In this document: positions 27,794-36,859 of the stretch, piece by piece
How the letters are laid out: every line of letters starts with the position of its first letter
Numbering within the stretch: position 1 is the stretch's first letter
From: Clostridiales bacterium
GTDB lineage: Bacteria; Bacillota; Clostridia; Saccharofermentanales; Saccharofermentanaceae
Assembly (NCBI GenBank): GCA_017513085.1
Contig: JAFWDK010000010.1
Span: forward strand, 128,001 to 192,000
Direction: 5' to 3'
Length of the DNA: 64,000 bases
The notes under the pieces: model-generated
The model's database searches: none
Told to the model about the DNA's origin: nothing
What the model saw: only the letters and a program-made list of their open reading frames with translations
Program-made: the position numbers and the translations under genes

Positions 27794-28966
27794 ATGGATA
27801 TTAAACAAGAAGCCATTCAGAAGCACGCTGAATGGAAGGGAAAGATCGAAGTAATCACGCGCGCTCCTGTAGCATCTAAGCATGATCTGTCAGTTGCTTA
27901 TACACCGGGTGTTGCTGAACCTTGTCTTGAGATCTCCAAGGATGTGGATCTTTCTTATAAATATACTCGTCGTCACAATCTCGTTGCCGTTGTTACAGAT
28001 GGTACTGCAGTTCTTGGTCTGGGTGATATCGGACCGGAAGCAGGTATGCCGGTTATGGAAGGTAAGTGCGCACTGTTTAAGGCTTTCGGCGATGTTGACG
28101 CATTCCCGCTTTGCATCCGTTCCAAGGATGTAGATGAGATCGTAAATACAGTTGCTCTTCTTGCCGGTTCTTTCGGCGGTGTAAACCTCGAGGATATTTC
28201 CGCTCCGAGATGCTTCGAGATCGAGAAGAAGCTTAAGGAAAGATGTGATATTCCGATCTTCCACGATGACCAGCATGGTACAGCAGTTATTACTCTTGCG
28301 GGTCTTACCAATGCTCTGAAGATCGTTGGTAAGAAGATCGAAGAGATCTCTGTAGTTGTTAATGGTGCAGGTGCTGCTGCTACTGCTATCACCAAGCTCC
28401 TGATTTCCCGTGGCCTGAAGGATGTTGTTCTCTGCGATAGAACAGGTGCGATCTACCAGGGACGTGAGAAACTCAACTCTGCTAAGGAAGAGATCGCTGC
28501 TATCACAAACCAGAAGATGAAGAAGGGTTCTCTCAAGGACGTTATCGTTGGCGCAGACGTATTCATCGGTGTTTCTGCTCCGGGCGTTCTTACAGCTGAG
28601 ATGGTTGCTACAATGGCTAAGGATCCGATCGTATTTGCCTGTGCAAACCCGACTCCTGAGATCCTGCCGGATGAAGCTAAGAAGGCCGGCGTTGCTGTTA
28701 TGGCTACAGGCCGTTCCGATTTCCCGAACCAGGTAAACAACGTTCTCGCTTTCCCGGGTATCTTCCGTGGTGCTCTTGATGTCCGTGCTTCTGACATCAA
28801 CGATGAGATGAAGATTGCTGCTGCTAATGCTATTGCAGGTGTTGTTTCTGATGAAGAACTGAATCCTGAGTATATCCTGCCGGATGCTTTCGATCCGCGC
28901 GTAGGTAAAGCTGTTGCTGCTGCAGTTGCTGAGGCTGCCAGAAAGAGCGGCGTTGCACGTATCTGA
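27794..28966 (+). CDS. NAD(P)-dependent malic enzyme
   Basis: AYTPGVA, DGTAVLGLG, PVMEGK, NLEDI, FHDDQHGT, GAGAA, ANPTPEI, TGRSDFPNQVNN. Confidence 0.95.
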   Translation: MDIKQEAIQKHAEWKGKIEVITRAPVASKHDLSVAYTPGVAEPCLEISKDVDLSYKYTRRHNLVAVVTDGTAVLGLGDIGPEAGMPVMEGKCALFKAFGDVDAFPLCIRSKDVDEIVNTVALLAGSFGGVNLEDISAPRCFEIEKKLKERCDIPIFHDDQHGTAVITLAGLTNALKIVGKKIEEISVVVNGAGAAATAITKLLISRGLKDVVLCDRTGAIYQGREKLNSAKEEIAAITNQKMKKGSLKDVIVGADVFIGVSAPGVLTAEMVATMAKDPIVFACANPTPEILPDEAKKAGVAVMATGRSDFPNQVNNVLAFPGIFRGALDVRASDINDEMKIAAANAIAGVVSDEELNPEYILPDAFDPRVGKAVAAAVAEAARKSGVARI

Positions 28967-28983
28967 ATATGTAATTGATTTTG

Positions 28984-29020
28984 GAGATGGGTCATCCATG
29001 GGTGGATGACCCATCTCTTT
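28984..29020 (+). terminator. Intrinsic terminator
   Basis: Perfect 15-bp stem GAGATGGGTCATCCA/TGGATGACCCATCTC followed by TTT. Confidence 0.8.
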
Positions 29021-29137
29021 ATATATGTTAAATAGGTTATTCACTTCAGGACAAGTGCTTTTGAATTATTAATATACATACAATATCGAACTCTTGTGGT
29101 AGAATAGCAGAAGTGATTTTTATTTGGAGGCGGGATT

Positions 29138-29626
29138 ATGCTGAATCGTATTGAATTATTGCAGTTGATAGAACATAACGCCAGGATTTCTGTATCGGAA
29201 TTAGCCGTGATGCTCAATGTGTCGGAGGAAGCGGTCGCCGCTGAATTAGAGACTTGCAAAAAAGAGAATGTGATCCTTGGATACAATACCATGATCAATT
29301 GGGAAAAGACTGAAAGAGAGCCTGTTACAGCCATGATCGAGGTTCGGATCACGCCACAGCGTAATCAGGGATTTGATAAGATCGCTAGTCAGTTCTATCG
29401 TTATCAGCAGGTTTCATCCTGTTATCTTATGTCCGGTGGTTTTGACCTGATGCTGATCATCGAGGATTCCACTTTGCGGGAAGTTGCGCAGTTCGTCTCG
29501 GATAAGATCGCTCCGCTGGAAGGTGTTATTTCCACTTCGACCCACTTTATCCTGAAAAAGTATAAGAGCAATGGTACGCTTTTTGAGCAAAAGCAGATCG
29601 ATAACCGTGAAGCCGTCGTACTTTGA
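29138..29626 (+). CDS. Lrp/AsnC family regulator (YugG/AlaR-like)
   Basis: NARISVSELAVML HTH, ILGYNTMINW, YLMSGGFDL, STHFILKKYK. Confidence 0.88.
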   Translation: MLNRIELLQLIEHNARISVSELAVMLNVSEEAVAAELETCKKENVILGYNTMINWEKTEREPVTAMIEVRITPQRNQGFDKIASQFYRYQQVSSCYLMSGGFDLMLIIEDSTLREVAQFVSDKIAPLEGVISTSTHFILKKYKSNGTLFEQKQIDNREAVVL

Positions 29627-29660
29627 ATTGGTGAAAGTACGAGTCAGGGAGGTTTAGTAA

Positions 29661-30857
29661 ATGGATATCGATTATCAAAGTAAAGTATCTTCAGTGGTCA
29701 ACGAGATCAAGCCGTCTGCGATCCGACGTTTCTTTGATCTGGCCAATGAAATGAAGGGAGAAGTGCTCTCTCTTTCGATTGGTGAACCGGATTTTGTTAC
29801 TCCGTGGAGTATCCGCGAGGCCGGTATTTTTTCGTTAGAGGACGGATACACACATTATTCGCCTAACCAGGGTTATATAGAAGTTCGTAAGGCTATTACT
29901 GAGTATCTGGAGAGACGTTTTTCCTTAAAATATGATCCCAAGACACAGATCCTGGTCACCGTTGGCGGCAGTGAGGCACTCGATCTGATTGCCCGTGCAT
30001 TGATCAATCCCGGTGACGAAGTCATTATACTGGAGCCTTGCTTCGTCGCGTATCGTGCGACAGTTACTTTGGCTCGTGGTGTTCCGGTAGTGATCGAGAC
30101 CCGTGAAGAGGATGAGTACAAGCTTAAGCCGGAAGATCTGGAAGCTGCGATCACTGATAAGACAAAGTATATTATTCTCGGGTATCCGGGCAATCCGACC
30201 GGAGCGACCATGACATATGATGATCTTTCTAAGATCCGTGATGTGTTGGTCCGTCATCCGAATGTTTTTGTTGTATCGGATGAGCTTTATTCTGAATTAA
30301 GTTATACCGGCGAACATCCGGCTTCCATAGCATCGTTCCCAGAACTGTACGATCGCACGATCGTCGTGAACGGCTTTTCCAAATCGTTTGCTATGACCGG
30401 CTGGCGTATCGGATATATGGCCGGACCGGCGCCCTTGCTTGCGGCGATGAATAAAGTACATCAGTATTGTATTATGTGTTCTCCGAGTACCGCTCAGTTT
30501 GCCGTAATTGAAGCTTGCCGTAACGGGGATAAAGAAGTTGAAGAAATGCGTGACGAATATAACCGCAGAAGAAGAGTCGTTGTACAAGGTTTAAAAGATG
30601 CAGGATTGTCATGCTTTACACCTACCGGAGCTTTTTATGCATTTCCTTCAATTGAAAAATCCGGGCTCAGTTCTGAGAAGTTCTGTGAACGGTTCCTGAT
30701 GGAAAAGAAGGTTGCCATCGTACCGGGTAATGCTTTCGGTCAGTGCGGTGAAGGTCATGTACGTATCAGTTATGCCGCTTCGATGGAAAACATTATGGAA
30801 GCGATGAAAAGATTGAAAGAGTTTATGCAAGAGTTGAAAGATGGGAGTGTACAATAA
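29661..30857 (+). CDS. Class I/II PLP aminotransferase (YugH/AlaT-like)
   Basis: IGEPDF, VTVGGSEA, NPTGA, SDELY, NGFSKSFAMTGWRIG; paired with the Lrp regulator. Confidence 0.9.
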   Translation: MDIDYQSKVSSVVNEIKPSAIRRFFDLANEMKGEVLSLSIGEPDFVTPWSIREAGIFSLEDGYTHYSPNQGYIEVRKAITEYLERRFSLKYDPKTQILVTVGGSEALDLIARALINPGDEVIILEPCFVAYRATVTLARGVPVVIETREEDEYKLKPEDLEAAITDKTKYIILGYPGNPTGATMTYDDLSKIRDVLVRHPNVFVVSDELYSELSYTGEHPASIASFPELYDRTIVVNGFSKSFAMTGWRIGYMAGPAPLLAAMNKVHQYCIMCSPSTAQFAVIEACRNGDKEVEEMRDEYNRRRRVVVQGLKDAGLSCFTPTGAFYAFPSIEKSGLSSEKFCERFLMEKKVAIVPGNAFGQCGEGHVRISYAASMENIMEAMKRLKEFMQELKDGSVQ

Positions 30858-31966
30858 TGCTCGAATTTGATAATTTGCGTCTCGAACTGGAAAGCTATGA
30901 AGAAAAAATCGAACTTCTCCGGGATGCTCTGCACATCAAGCAGGTAAGTGATCAGGTTTCCGAACTGGAAGCGCGTTCTCAGGAACCGGACTACTGGAAC
31001 GATGTCGAGAGGGCGCAGTCGGAGCAGACAAAACTGAAGCGCCTGCAAAAGAGAATCAAGACTTTTGAGGATCTGGCGGCTTCCAGAGAAGATCTTCTTG
31101 TTCTTTGCGAGTTGGGTAATGAAGCTGAGGATACGGATGTGCTGGCTGAAGCACAGGAAGGTGTCACGAAGTTTACGGCTGCGTATGAAAAGATGCGTCT
31201 GGAGACACTTCTTACCGGCGAATACGATAAGAATAATGCGATCCTGACACTTCACGCCGGCGCCGGCGGAACTGAGGCCCAGGACTGGGTCAGCATGCTG
31301 TACCGTATGTACACGCACTGGGCTTTGGATCATGATTTTGAGATCAAAGAACTGGAATATCTTGAGGGTGATGAGGCCGGTATTAAGAGTGTTTCGATGA
31401 TGATCACCGGTGAAAATGCTTATGGTTTCCTTCGCTCGGAAATCGGTGTCCATCGTCTCGTTCGTATTTCGCCTTTCGATTCATCAGCACGTCGTCATAC
31501 TTCCTTTGCATCTTGTGAAGTAATGCCGGAACTGGATGATACCATTAACATTAAGATCGATATGGCGGATGTTCGTGTTGATACATACCGTGCTACCGGT
31601 AAGGGTGGTCAGCACGTTAACCGTACGGACTCTGCCGTCCGTCTGACTCACATTCCGACTGGATGCGTAGTTGCCTGTCAGGCTGAGCGTTCTCAGATCC
31701 AGAACAGAGAAACCGCTATGAAGATGTTGGAAGCAAAACTTTTTGCGTTGGCACAGGCCGCTCATATGGAGAAAATCGAGGACTTGAAAGGTGTTCAGAT
31801 GGATATTGCATGGGGAAGCCAGATCCGTTCCTATGTTTTCTGCCCGTATACTCTGGTAAAAGATCATCGTACAGGATACGAAGAAGTGAACGTGGATGCG
31901 GTTATGAATGGTAATCTCGATGGATTTATCAATGCGTTCCTTTCCGGAATGGTAGCAGAAAAGTAA
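30857..31966 (+). CDS. prfB: Peptide chain release factor 2, single uninterrupted ORF
   Basis: GAGGTEAQDW, GVHRLVRISPFD (SPF, RF2-specific), GGQHVN, WGSQIRSY. Confidence 0.95.
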   Translation: MLEFDNLRLELESYEEKIELLRDALHIKQVSDQVSELEARSQEPDYWNDVERAQSEQTKLKRLQKRIKTFEDLAASREDLLVLCELGNEAEDTDVLAEAQEGVTKFTAAYEKMRLETLLTGEYDKNNAILTLHAGAGGTEAQDWVSMLYRMYTHWALDHDFEIKELEYLEGDEAGIKSVSMMITGENAYGFLRSEIGVHRLVRISPFDSSARRHTSFASCEVMPELDDTINIKIDMADVRVDTYRATGKGGQHVNRTDSAVRLTHIPTGCVVACQAERSQIQNRETAMKMLEAKLFALAQAAHMEKIEDLKGVQMDIAWGSQIRSYVFCPYTLVKDHRTGYEEVNVDAVMNGNLDGFINAFLSGMVAEK

Positions 31967-31986
31967 GTTTGCTTGTTGATGAAAAG

Positions 31987-32023
31987 AAATGGATCGTCTC
32001 ATGATTTGAGGCGATCCATTTTT
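31987..32023. terminator. Bidirectional intrinsic terminator
   Basis: AAATGGATCGTCTCA/TGAGGCGATCCATTT stem with A/T tracts on both sides, between convergent genes. Confidence 0.8.
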
Positions 32024-32058
32024 GTGTTCGAATATTTCTTTTTGATTCGTGATCCGGA

Positions 32059-34929
32059 TCACTTTTTATACTTTACATAGAAGTTCGTGATCTTATATGT
32101 TCCGATCTTTGAAGCGCCGGTAGCAGAAACGTCGGCATAGATCGTCTCTCCTTTGGCAAGGGCAAGATCACAGTTAGGGTAGAGGTAGAAGGTATTTTTC
32201 GTTCCTTTTTTGCGCTCTACGGTAAAGTATGTACTGGTTACTTCTTCGATTGTCGTTCCGGTATCGTATGTGATCGTAATATACTCGATAGAGGCATTGA
32301 TCGTTGAGGTCTGTTTGCCGGTGTTTTCGAGCTTGATATCGAAAGAACAGTTCTTGCCGGAAGCCTTGGCATTCTTGATGGAGGTCTTGAATGTCGTAAC
32401 CGGGTAATTAGAGGAACCCGGTGCAGAAGTGGTCGTTGTAGGCTCTTCTGTTGTAGTAGTCGGAGCTTCTGTAGTTGTGGTAGCCTCAGTAGTCGTCGTG
32501 GTCGGCGCCTCTGTGGTGGTAGTAGTCGGCTCCTCGGTAGTTGTGGTTGTCGGCTCCTCTGTGGTAGTAGTAGGTGCTTCTGTCGTAGTCGTTGTAGCTT
32601 CCGTTGTAGTAGTTGTCGTCGTTTCTTCCTTAGAAGTCGTCGTTGTTGTCTCTTCCTCAGTTGTTTCTTTAGAGGTCATAAAAGGATTAGACGCTGTTGT
32701 TGTGGAATAAGTCAGACTGGAAGTGTTCTTGGTGGAAGAGAAGGACTTTCCTAAATCAAAATGCTTCCAGCAGAAGATAATGCCACCAAGGAAAGCAAGT
32801 GCTACGGCCGTCAGAATGATCGGCTTTGCCACAGAACCCTTGCGCTCAGTGTGCTCTTGCTGGGTGATCGGAGTGATCGTGGAACCTCTCTGGGAAGCTG
32901 CACTATAACGGAGATGCTGGGTATTCACGATCTGAGCACTGGTGCTGATCGGTTTATTAGCGCCAGGTCTGGTAATCGGGGCTTCAGAGGCCGGTCTTGT
33001 TCCAGGACGCTGAGAAGAGGAGACACTTTCGTCTGAACGGGATTTCTGGGATTCGCGTTCTGTTTGTGCATGCATGGATCCAGGACGCTGTCTGTAGACG
33101 TCAGCACGCTGCTGTTCGGCAACTTCTGCATCTATCTGTGCCTGTTTTTCCTCACGGATCTTCTGTGCGATAGACGCAGCGAATACAGTCTCATCTTCGT
33201 CTCCGAAGAGAAGATGGTTCTGTGTAACCGGTGAATCTTCGTTCTCCTCTGCATTGGTTGTATCTTCAGAATCGGGAACTCCATTATAAACCTGCTCGAT
33301 CGGCTCAAGATCTGAAGCGGAAATGGAAACATTTGGTTTTACGACAGGTGTGTAATTGATCGTAGGGCTCTCATTCGACTCTGTTGACTGATAGATCGCT
33401 TGATATTCAGGACCGTCTTCTGTCTGTGTTTCCTCGGCTTTATCTGTTTCAGCAGTTTCTTCAGAGAAGGAGGAGTCATAACTGGATTCTTCCGTTTCTT
33501 CGTCAGAGGCTAGAGCCATCATCGGATCTTCCAAAGGTGTAGTGTCGTAAATGGCAGCCGCTACTGCCGCCTCATCCGGCTGTTCGGAAACAGGTTCTTC
33601 GACAGTGATCTCGATCGGTTCAGCAGATGTTCCCTCTGCTTCAGAAGAAGAAGTATCTTCAGAAACTTCAGGAATTTCTTCAACGATCGCATCAATTGCT
33701 TCGGATTCGCTTTGTTCGGCTGTTTGCTCAAAAGATTCCACGGCTTCTACAGCATCTGCAACTACCGGTTCATCCATTGTTTCTTCAACTGTCTCTTCGA
33801 CGGCTTGCTCGATATTTTCAGATACTTCTTCGGAGGATCCGGAAATCGTATCCTCGATTTCTTCCTGAGCATCTGCAATCTCTTCAACGATGTTTTCTTC
33901 CGGAATTTCAGAAGAAACAGGTTCTGCCTCCTGAGTTTCTTCAATGACAGGTTCCGTAACAGGCTCGGAAACCGCTTGCGTTACTTCCGCATTAACTTTA
34001 TCGGATTCGGAATCAGCTACCGGTTCGTCAAAATCCGGAATCGTTTCTTCGTCCCCGGCAAAAGCATCCATGACAGGATCTTCGATCGGAGAAGTGTCAT
34101 ACAAAGGTACATTACTAACGTCCGGAATGGGTTCGCTCTCAGTTGCATCAGAAGAAATATCTTCAGCAGAAGTATCAGCAGAAGCATCGACCGGAGTTTC
34201 TACAGGGATATCGACCGGAATATCGACAGGAATGTCAGTTGCCTGGATATCTGAAGATGAATTGTCAGTTTCCGTTTCAGGCTCAGATTCTTCCTGTTCG
34301 TCAAATACCGGCGCAGAAGCCGGCTTAAAAGCAGCAAACGGTGAAATGTCCGAATCGCCGAGGCTGGCATTGATCTCGTCTTCCAATGACGTGTCGGCTT
34401 CGTATTTCGGTGTGTTTGTGAAAATATCATTTCTTCCGTAGATATCGATCGGAGCAGAAGAAGTTGTCTCGGGTTCCTCGGGGATCTCCGGAGAAGAAAC
34501 CTCTTCGGCTATTTCAGCAGTTGGACCCTCTTCGTAATCATTATATCCGCTTGAACCGAACAAAGCGGACTGTGTGTCGGCAACTGCCTGCGCATGCTGC
34601 TGTTCAAGATCATCGAATCGTAATTCGTCATCGATGTTGCCGAAGCCGGACTGTGAAGAATTGTTCTGCTCACGTAGCGCGTCGGAAACATTCTTAGCGG
34701 GATCATTGGCTTTAAATGACAGGAAAAGAGGACGCTTGACTGAATCGTCATCTGAAGTTTCCCCGTCTTGACCATTTCTGTGGATGAAAGACTGGTTAGC
34801 AGAAGAAACATCGTCTGATTTCATAAATGTGCCAAAAACAGACGGATCTTGAGAATCCTCAAATTCCTCCTCGGGCGCATGCATGAGATGCTCTTTCTTT
34901 TTACCTTCACCATCGTGTCCTAGAAGCAT
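32059..34929 (-). CDS. Large bitopic membrane protein: ~700-aa acidic low-complexity region, TM helix, Thr-rich linker, C-terminal beta-rich domain
   Basis: 956-aa ORF; GGAGG RBS; TM IILTAVALAFLGGIIFCW; TTTTE(E/A)P repeats. Confidence 0.8.
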   Translation of the reverse strand: MLLGHDGEGKKKEHLMHAPEEEFEDSQDPSVFGTFMKSDDVSSANQSFIHRNGQDGETSDDDSVKRPLFLSFKANDPAKNVSDALREQNNSSQSGFGNIDDELRFDDLEQQHAQAVADTQSALFGSSGYNDYEEGPTAEIAEEVSSPEIPEEPETTSSAPIDIYGRNDIFTNTPKYEADTSLEDEINASLGDSDISPFAAFKPASAPVFDEQEESEPETETDNSSSDIQATDIPVDIPVDIPVETPVDASADTSAEDISSDATESEPIPDVSNVPLYDTSPIEDPVMDAFAGDEETIPDFDEPVADSESDKVNAEVTQAVSEPVTEPVIEETQEAEPVSSEIPEENIVEEIADAQEEIEDTISGSSEEVSENIEQAVEETVEETMDEPVVADAVEAVESFEQTAEQSESEAIDAIVEEIPEVSEDTSSSEAEGTSAEPIEITVEEPVSEQPDEAAVAAAIYDTTPLEDPMMALASDEETEESSYDSSFSEETAETDKAEETQTEDGPEYQAIYQSTESNESPTINYTPVVKPNVSISASDLEPIEQVYNGVPDSEDTTNAEENEDSPVTQNHLLFGDEDETVFAASIAQKIREEKQAQIDAEVAEQQRADVYRQRPGSMHAQTERESQKSRSDESVSSSQRPGTRPASEAPITRPGANKPISTSAQIVNTQHLRYSAASQRGSTITPITQQEHTERKGSVAKPIILTAVALAFLGGIIFCWKHFDLGKSFSSTKNTSSLTYSTTTASNPFMTSKETTEEETTTTTSKEETTTTTTTEATTTTTEAPTTTTEEPTTTTTEEPTTTTTEAPTTTTTEATTTTEAPTTTTEEPTTTTSAPGSSNYPVTTFKTSIKNAKASGKNCSFDIKLENTGKQTSTINASIEYITITYDTGTTIEEVTSTYFTVERKKGTKNTFYLYPNCDLALAKGETIYADVSATGASKIGTYKITNFYVKYKK
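32428..32667 (-). repeat. Degenerate coding tandem repeat encoding T(4-6)E(E/A)P units
   Basis: Repeated GTA/GTC/GTG/GTT triplets on the + strand, translating to TTTTTEAP/TTTTTEEP. Confidence 0.85.
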
Positions 34930-35041
34930 CGTGTGATTCCTCCAAATTCATACTCATGTTATAAGACTATATATTATCTTATTTCAAATAATAGTTTTCC
35001 GCAACAAAAACAGAATACGTTTTTTTGTTTTTTTCAGTGCT

Positions 35042-35074
35042 CTTTTCGACAAAAGCACTATGATTGTCGAAAAG
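35042..35074. promoter_or_regulatory. Perfect 11-bp inverted repeat containing two TGTCGAA heptamers
   Basis: CTTTTCGACAA-N11-TTGTCGAAAAG in the divergent intergenic region. Confidence 0.55.
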
Positions 35075-35133
35075 TGTTGTCTCTGTTTTTGCTTCGTTTT
35101 TTTACAATGTTTCTGAGATAAGGAGGAAGAAAC

Positions 35134-35793
35134 ATGGAGATCGATAAGAGACGAATCCTGATATCTTGCGTGGTTATTGTATTAGGACTTCTTGTCTATG
35201 TTTTCCGTAACTGGCCGATAGGATTCCGATCCAGGCAGATCCAGGTAGAAACAGAAAGTACGGTAAGTGCTGTGGAAGAGAGTACTGAAGAGGACTCCAC
35301 GGAAGAGAGTACTTCACAACTTCTGAGCCCTGTATATATTTGCGGGGCTGTGAAGAATCCGGGCATTTATGAGACCCGGCTTCCCGTATACCTGTTTGAA
35401 CTGATAGATCTTGCAGGAGGTTTAGCGGATGGCGCTGATCAGGAGAAGATAGATCTTGTTTATCAGATAAAGTTCGCGCAGAGCATCTATTTGCCATATG
35501 AAGCGGAGACGACAGATATGACAGATCGTCAATGGAATGATTTTATAGAAATCACGACAGATCCCTGGTCGGAACCGGAAAAGCGAGAGGAAAGCGAGGA
35601 AGGAAAGATCAACATTAACACTGCTGATGCAGCGGCTCTTAGTACGCTTCCGGGCATAGGTGAAAAAACCGCTGAATCTATTCTTGCCTATCGGCAGGAA
35701 CATGGAACTTTTTCCCGAATTGACGATATAAAGCAGGTTTCCGGCATCGGCGAGTCAAAATATGAGAAGATCAAGGACCGGATTAGCGTGTAA
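35134..35793 (+). CDS. comEA: ComEA competence DNA-binding protein
   Basis: N-terminal TM; SLBB motif VYICGAVKNPGIY; HhH motifs ININTA..LSTLPGIGEKTA and VSGIGESKYEKIK. Confidence 0.9.
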   Translation: MEIDKRRILISCVVIVLGLLVYVFRNWPIGFRSRQIQVETESTVSAVEESTEEDSTEESTSQLLSPVYICGAVKNPGIYETRLPVYLFELIDLAGGLADGADQEKIDLVYQIKFAQSIYLPYEAETTDMTDRQWNDFIEITTDPWSEPEKREESEEGKININTADAAALSTLPGIGEKTAESILAYRQEHGTFSRIDDIKQVSGIGESKYEKIKDRISV

Positions 35794-35815
35794 GTATAAT
35801 GTCAGAAAAAACTGT

Positions 35816-35844
35816 TTGACATATGAGTATATCAATGGTAATCT
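35816..35844 (+). promoter_or_regulatory. Sigma-A promoter of the tRNA pair
   Basis: TTGACA-17 nt-TAATCT with an extended -10 TG. Confidence 0.6.
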
Positions 35845-35868
35845 TTATAGGCACCGAAGGAAATCCTT

Positions 35869-35955
35869 GCTCGTGTGGCGGAATAGGCAGACGCAACGGA
35901 CTTAAAATCCGTCGGGGTAAAACCCGTACCGGTTCAAGTCCGGTCACGAGCACCA
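35869..35955 (+). tRNA. tRNA-Leu (anticodon TAA)
   Basis: Acceptor stem GCTCGTG/CACGAGC, anticodon arm ACGGA-CTTAAAA-TCCGT, long variable arm, GGTTCAAGTCC, encoded CCA. Confidence 0.95.
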
Positions 35956-35973
35956 TTTAGGTGGAAAACATAT

Positions 35974-36050
35974 CGCGGAGTGGAGCAGTTGGTAGCTTGT
36001 CGGGCTCATAACCCGAAGGTCGCGAGGTTCGAGTCCCGCCTCCGCAACCA
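35974..36050 (+). tRNA. Initiator tRNA-fMet (anticodon CAT)
   Basis: C1:A72 mismatch, three G-C pairs in the anticodon stem (TCGGG-CTCATAA-CCCGA), A11-U24, encoded CCA; one extra base in the T-stem. Confidence 0.93.
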
Positions 36051-36054
36051 CATG

Positions 36055-36093
36055 AAGATCCCGGATCATTTCCGGGATCTTTTTTTCTTTTTT
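36055..36093 (+). terminator. Intrinsic terminator after the tRNAs
   Basis: AAGATCCCGGA/TCCGGGATCTT stem followed by a long T tract. Confidence 0.9.
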
Positions 36094-36113
36094 CTTTCAT
36101 TTACAGGTATATT

Positions 36114-36141
36114 TTGCATTTGTGAATCGTTGCGATATAAT
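36114..36141 (+). promoter_or_regulatory. Putative sigma-A promoter for the 36173-39530 operon
   Basis: TTGCAT-16 nt-TATAAT just after the tRNA terminator. Confidence 0.5.
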
Positions 36142-36172
36142 TACTACAGTATTTATTTAATGAGGTGAAAAA

Positions 36173-36859
36173 GTGGCTTCGACTGATAAATCAAATTCAG
36201 CCTCTAATGCTGCCGGTAATGTAGCGAAGATCGTATTCCTGTCGTTATTCGCTCTTGCTTTGGTTGTTGTCTCAGTGTCTTTTGCCATTCATCATATGAG
36301 GATCGGTTTTGAAAAGGAGTACGATCGTATTCTGATCAACCGTATTCAGGTGGATGCGCAGAATGCTGCTCTGGCTGTTTCCGGAGATGAAATCGTTAAT
36401 GATCCGGCGGCTGCGGCCGTGAAATATAAAGCTATCCTTCCTTATATGCTGATGGATGCAAACGAGAAAGACTATTCTGTTCAGGCTTTCGGTCTTTATA
36501 ACTATTTGAACGGTTCCTTGTCAGTATTGACAGGAAACGATTCGGATCTGCTTGTAGCTACCAAGATCCCGGTTTCTGATTGGCTGACTGCGGAAATGAA
36601 ACCTTATGAGATCAAGGATGAATATTTGTATCATTACCTGATCCCGATCTCTGATTCTCAGGGAAATGCTTGCGCACTGCTGGAGCTTTCAGCGAAATCC
36701 GCCGAAATCGAAACTCTTGGTAATAAACTCGAATCCGTGATCTTGTCGACGGTGATCCTGGCTGTTTTGATTGCTATGGCGATATTCTCCTTGCAGTATA
36801 TTATTCCGCCGGTCATCACGCTGATTTCTAATAAGAACAATGCGGAGGCAAAATTATGA
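36173..36859 (+). CDS. Two-TM membrane protein with an extracytoplasmic Cache/PDC-like domain and no output domain
   Basis: TM-~150 aa-TM; YLIPISDSQGNACALLELS resembles the terminal beta-hairpin of Cache domains; GAGG RBS and GTG start. Confidence 0.6.
   Translation: MASTDKSNSASNAAGNVAKIVFLSLFALALVVVSVSFAIHHMRIGFEKEYDRILINRIQVDAQNAALAVSGDEIVNDPAAAAVKYKAILPYMLMDANEKDYSVQAFGLYNYLNGSLSVLTGNDSDLLVATKIPVSDWLTAEMKPYEIKDEYLYHYLIPISDSQGNACALLELSAKSAEIETLGNKLESVILSTVILAVLIAMAIFSLQYIIPPVITLISNKNNAEAKL

Noticed and set aside
27890-29044. 384-aa antisense ORF over the malic enzyme gene
   Set aside because: Shadow ORF: strong codon bias on the sense strand removes antisense stop codons; no recognisable motifs.
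32429-32710. Poly-Val + strand ORF / possible CRISPR-like periodicity
   Set aside because: It is the reverse complement of the Thr-rich coding repeat; there are no identical repeats with unique spacers and no cas genes.
35980-36168. 62-aa ORF beginning MEQLVACRAHNP
   Set aside because: It is a translation of the tRNA-fMet gene and its terminator.
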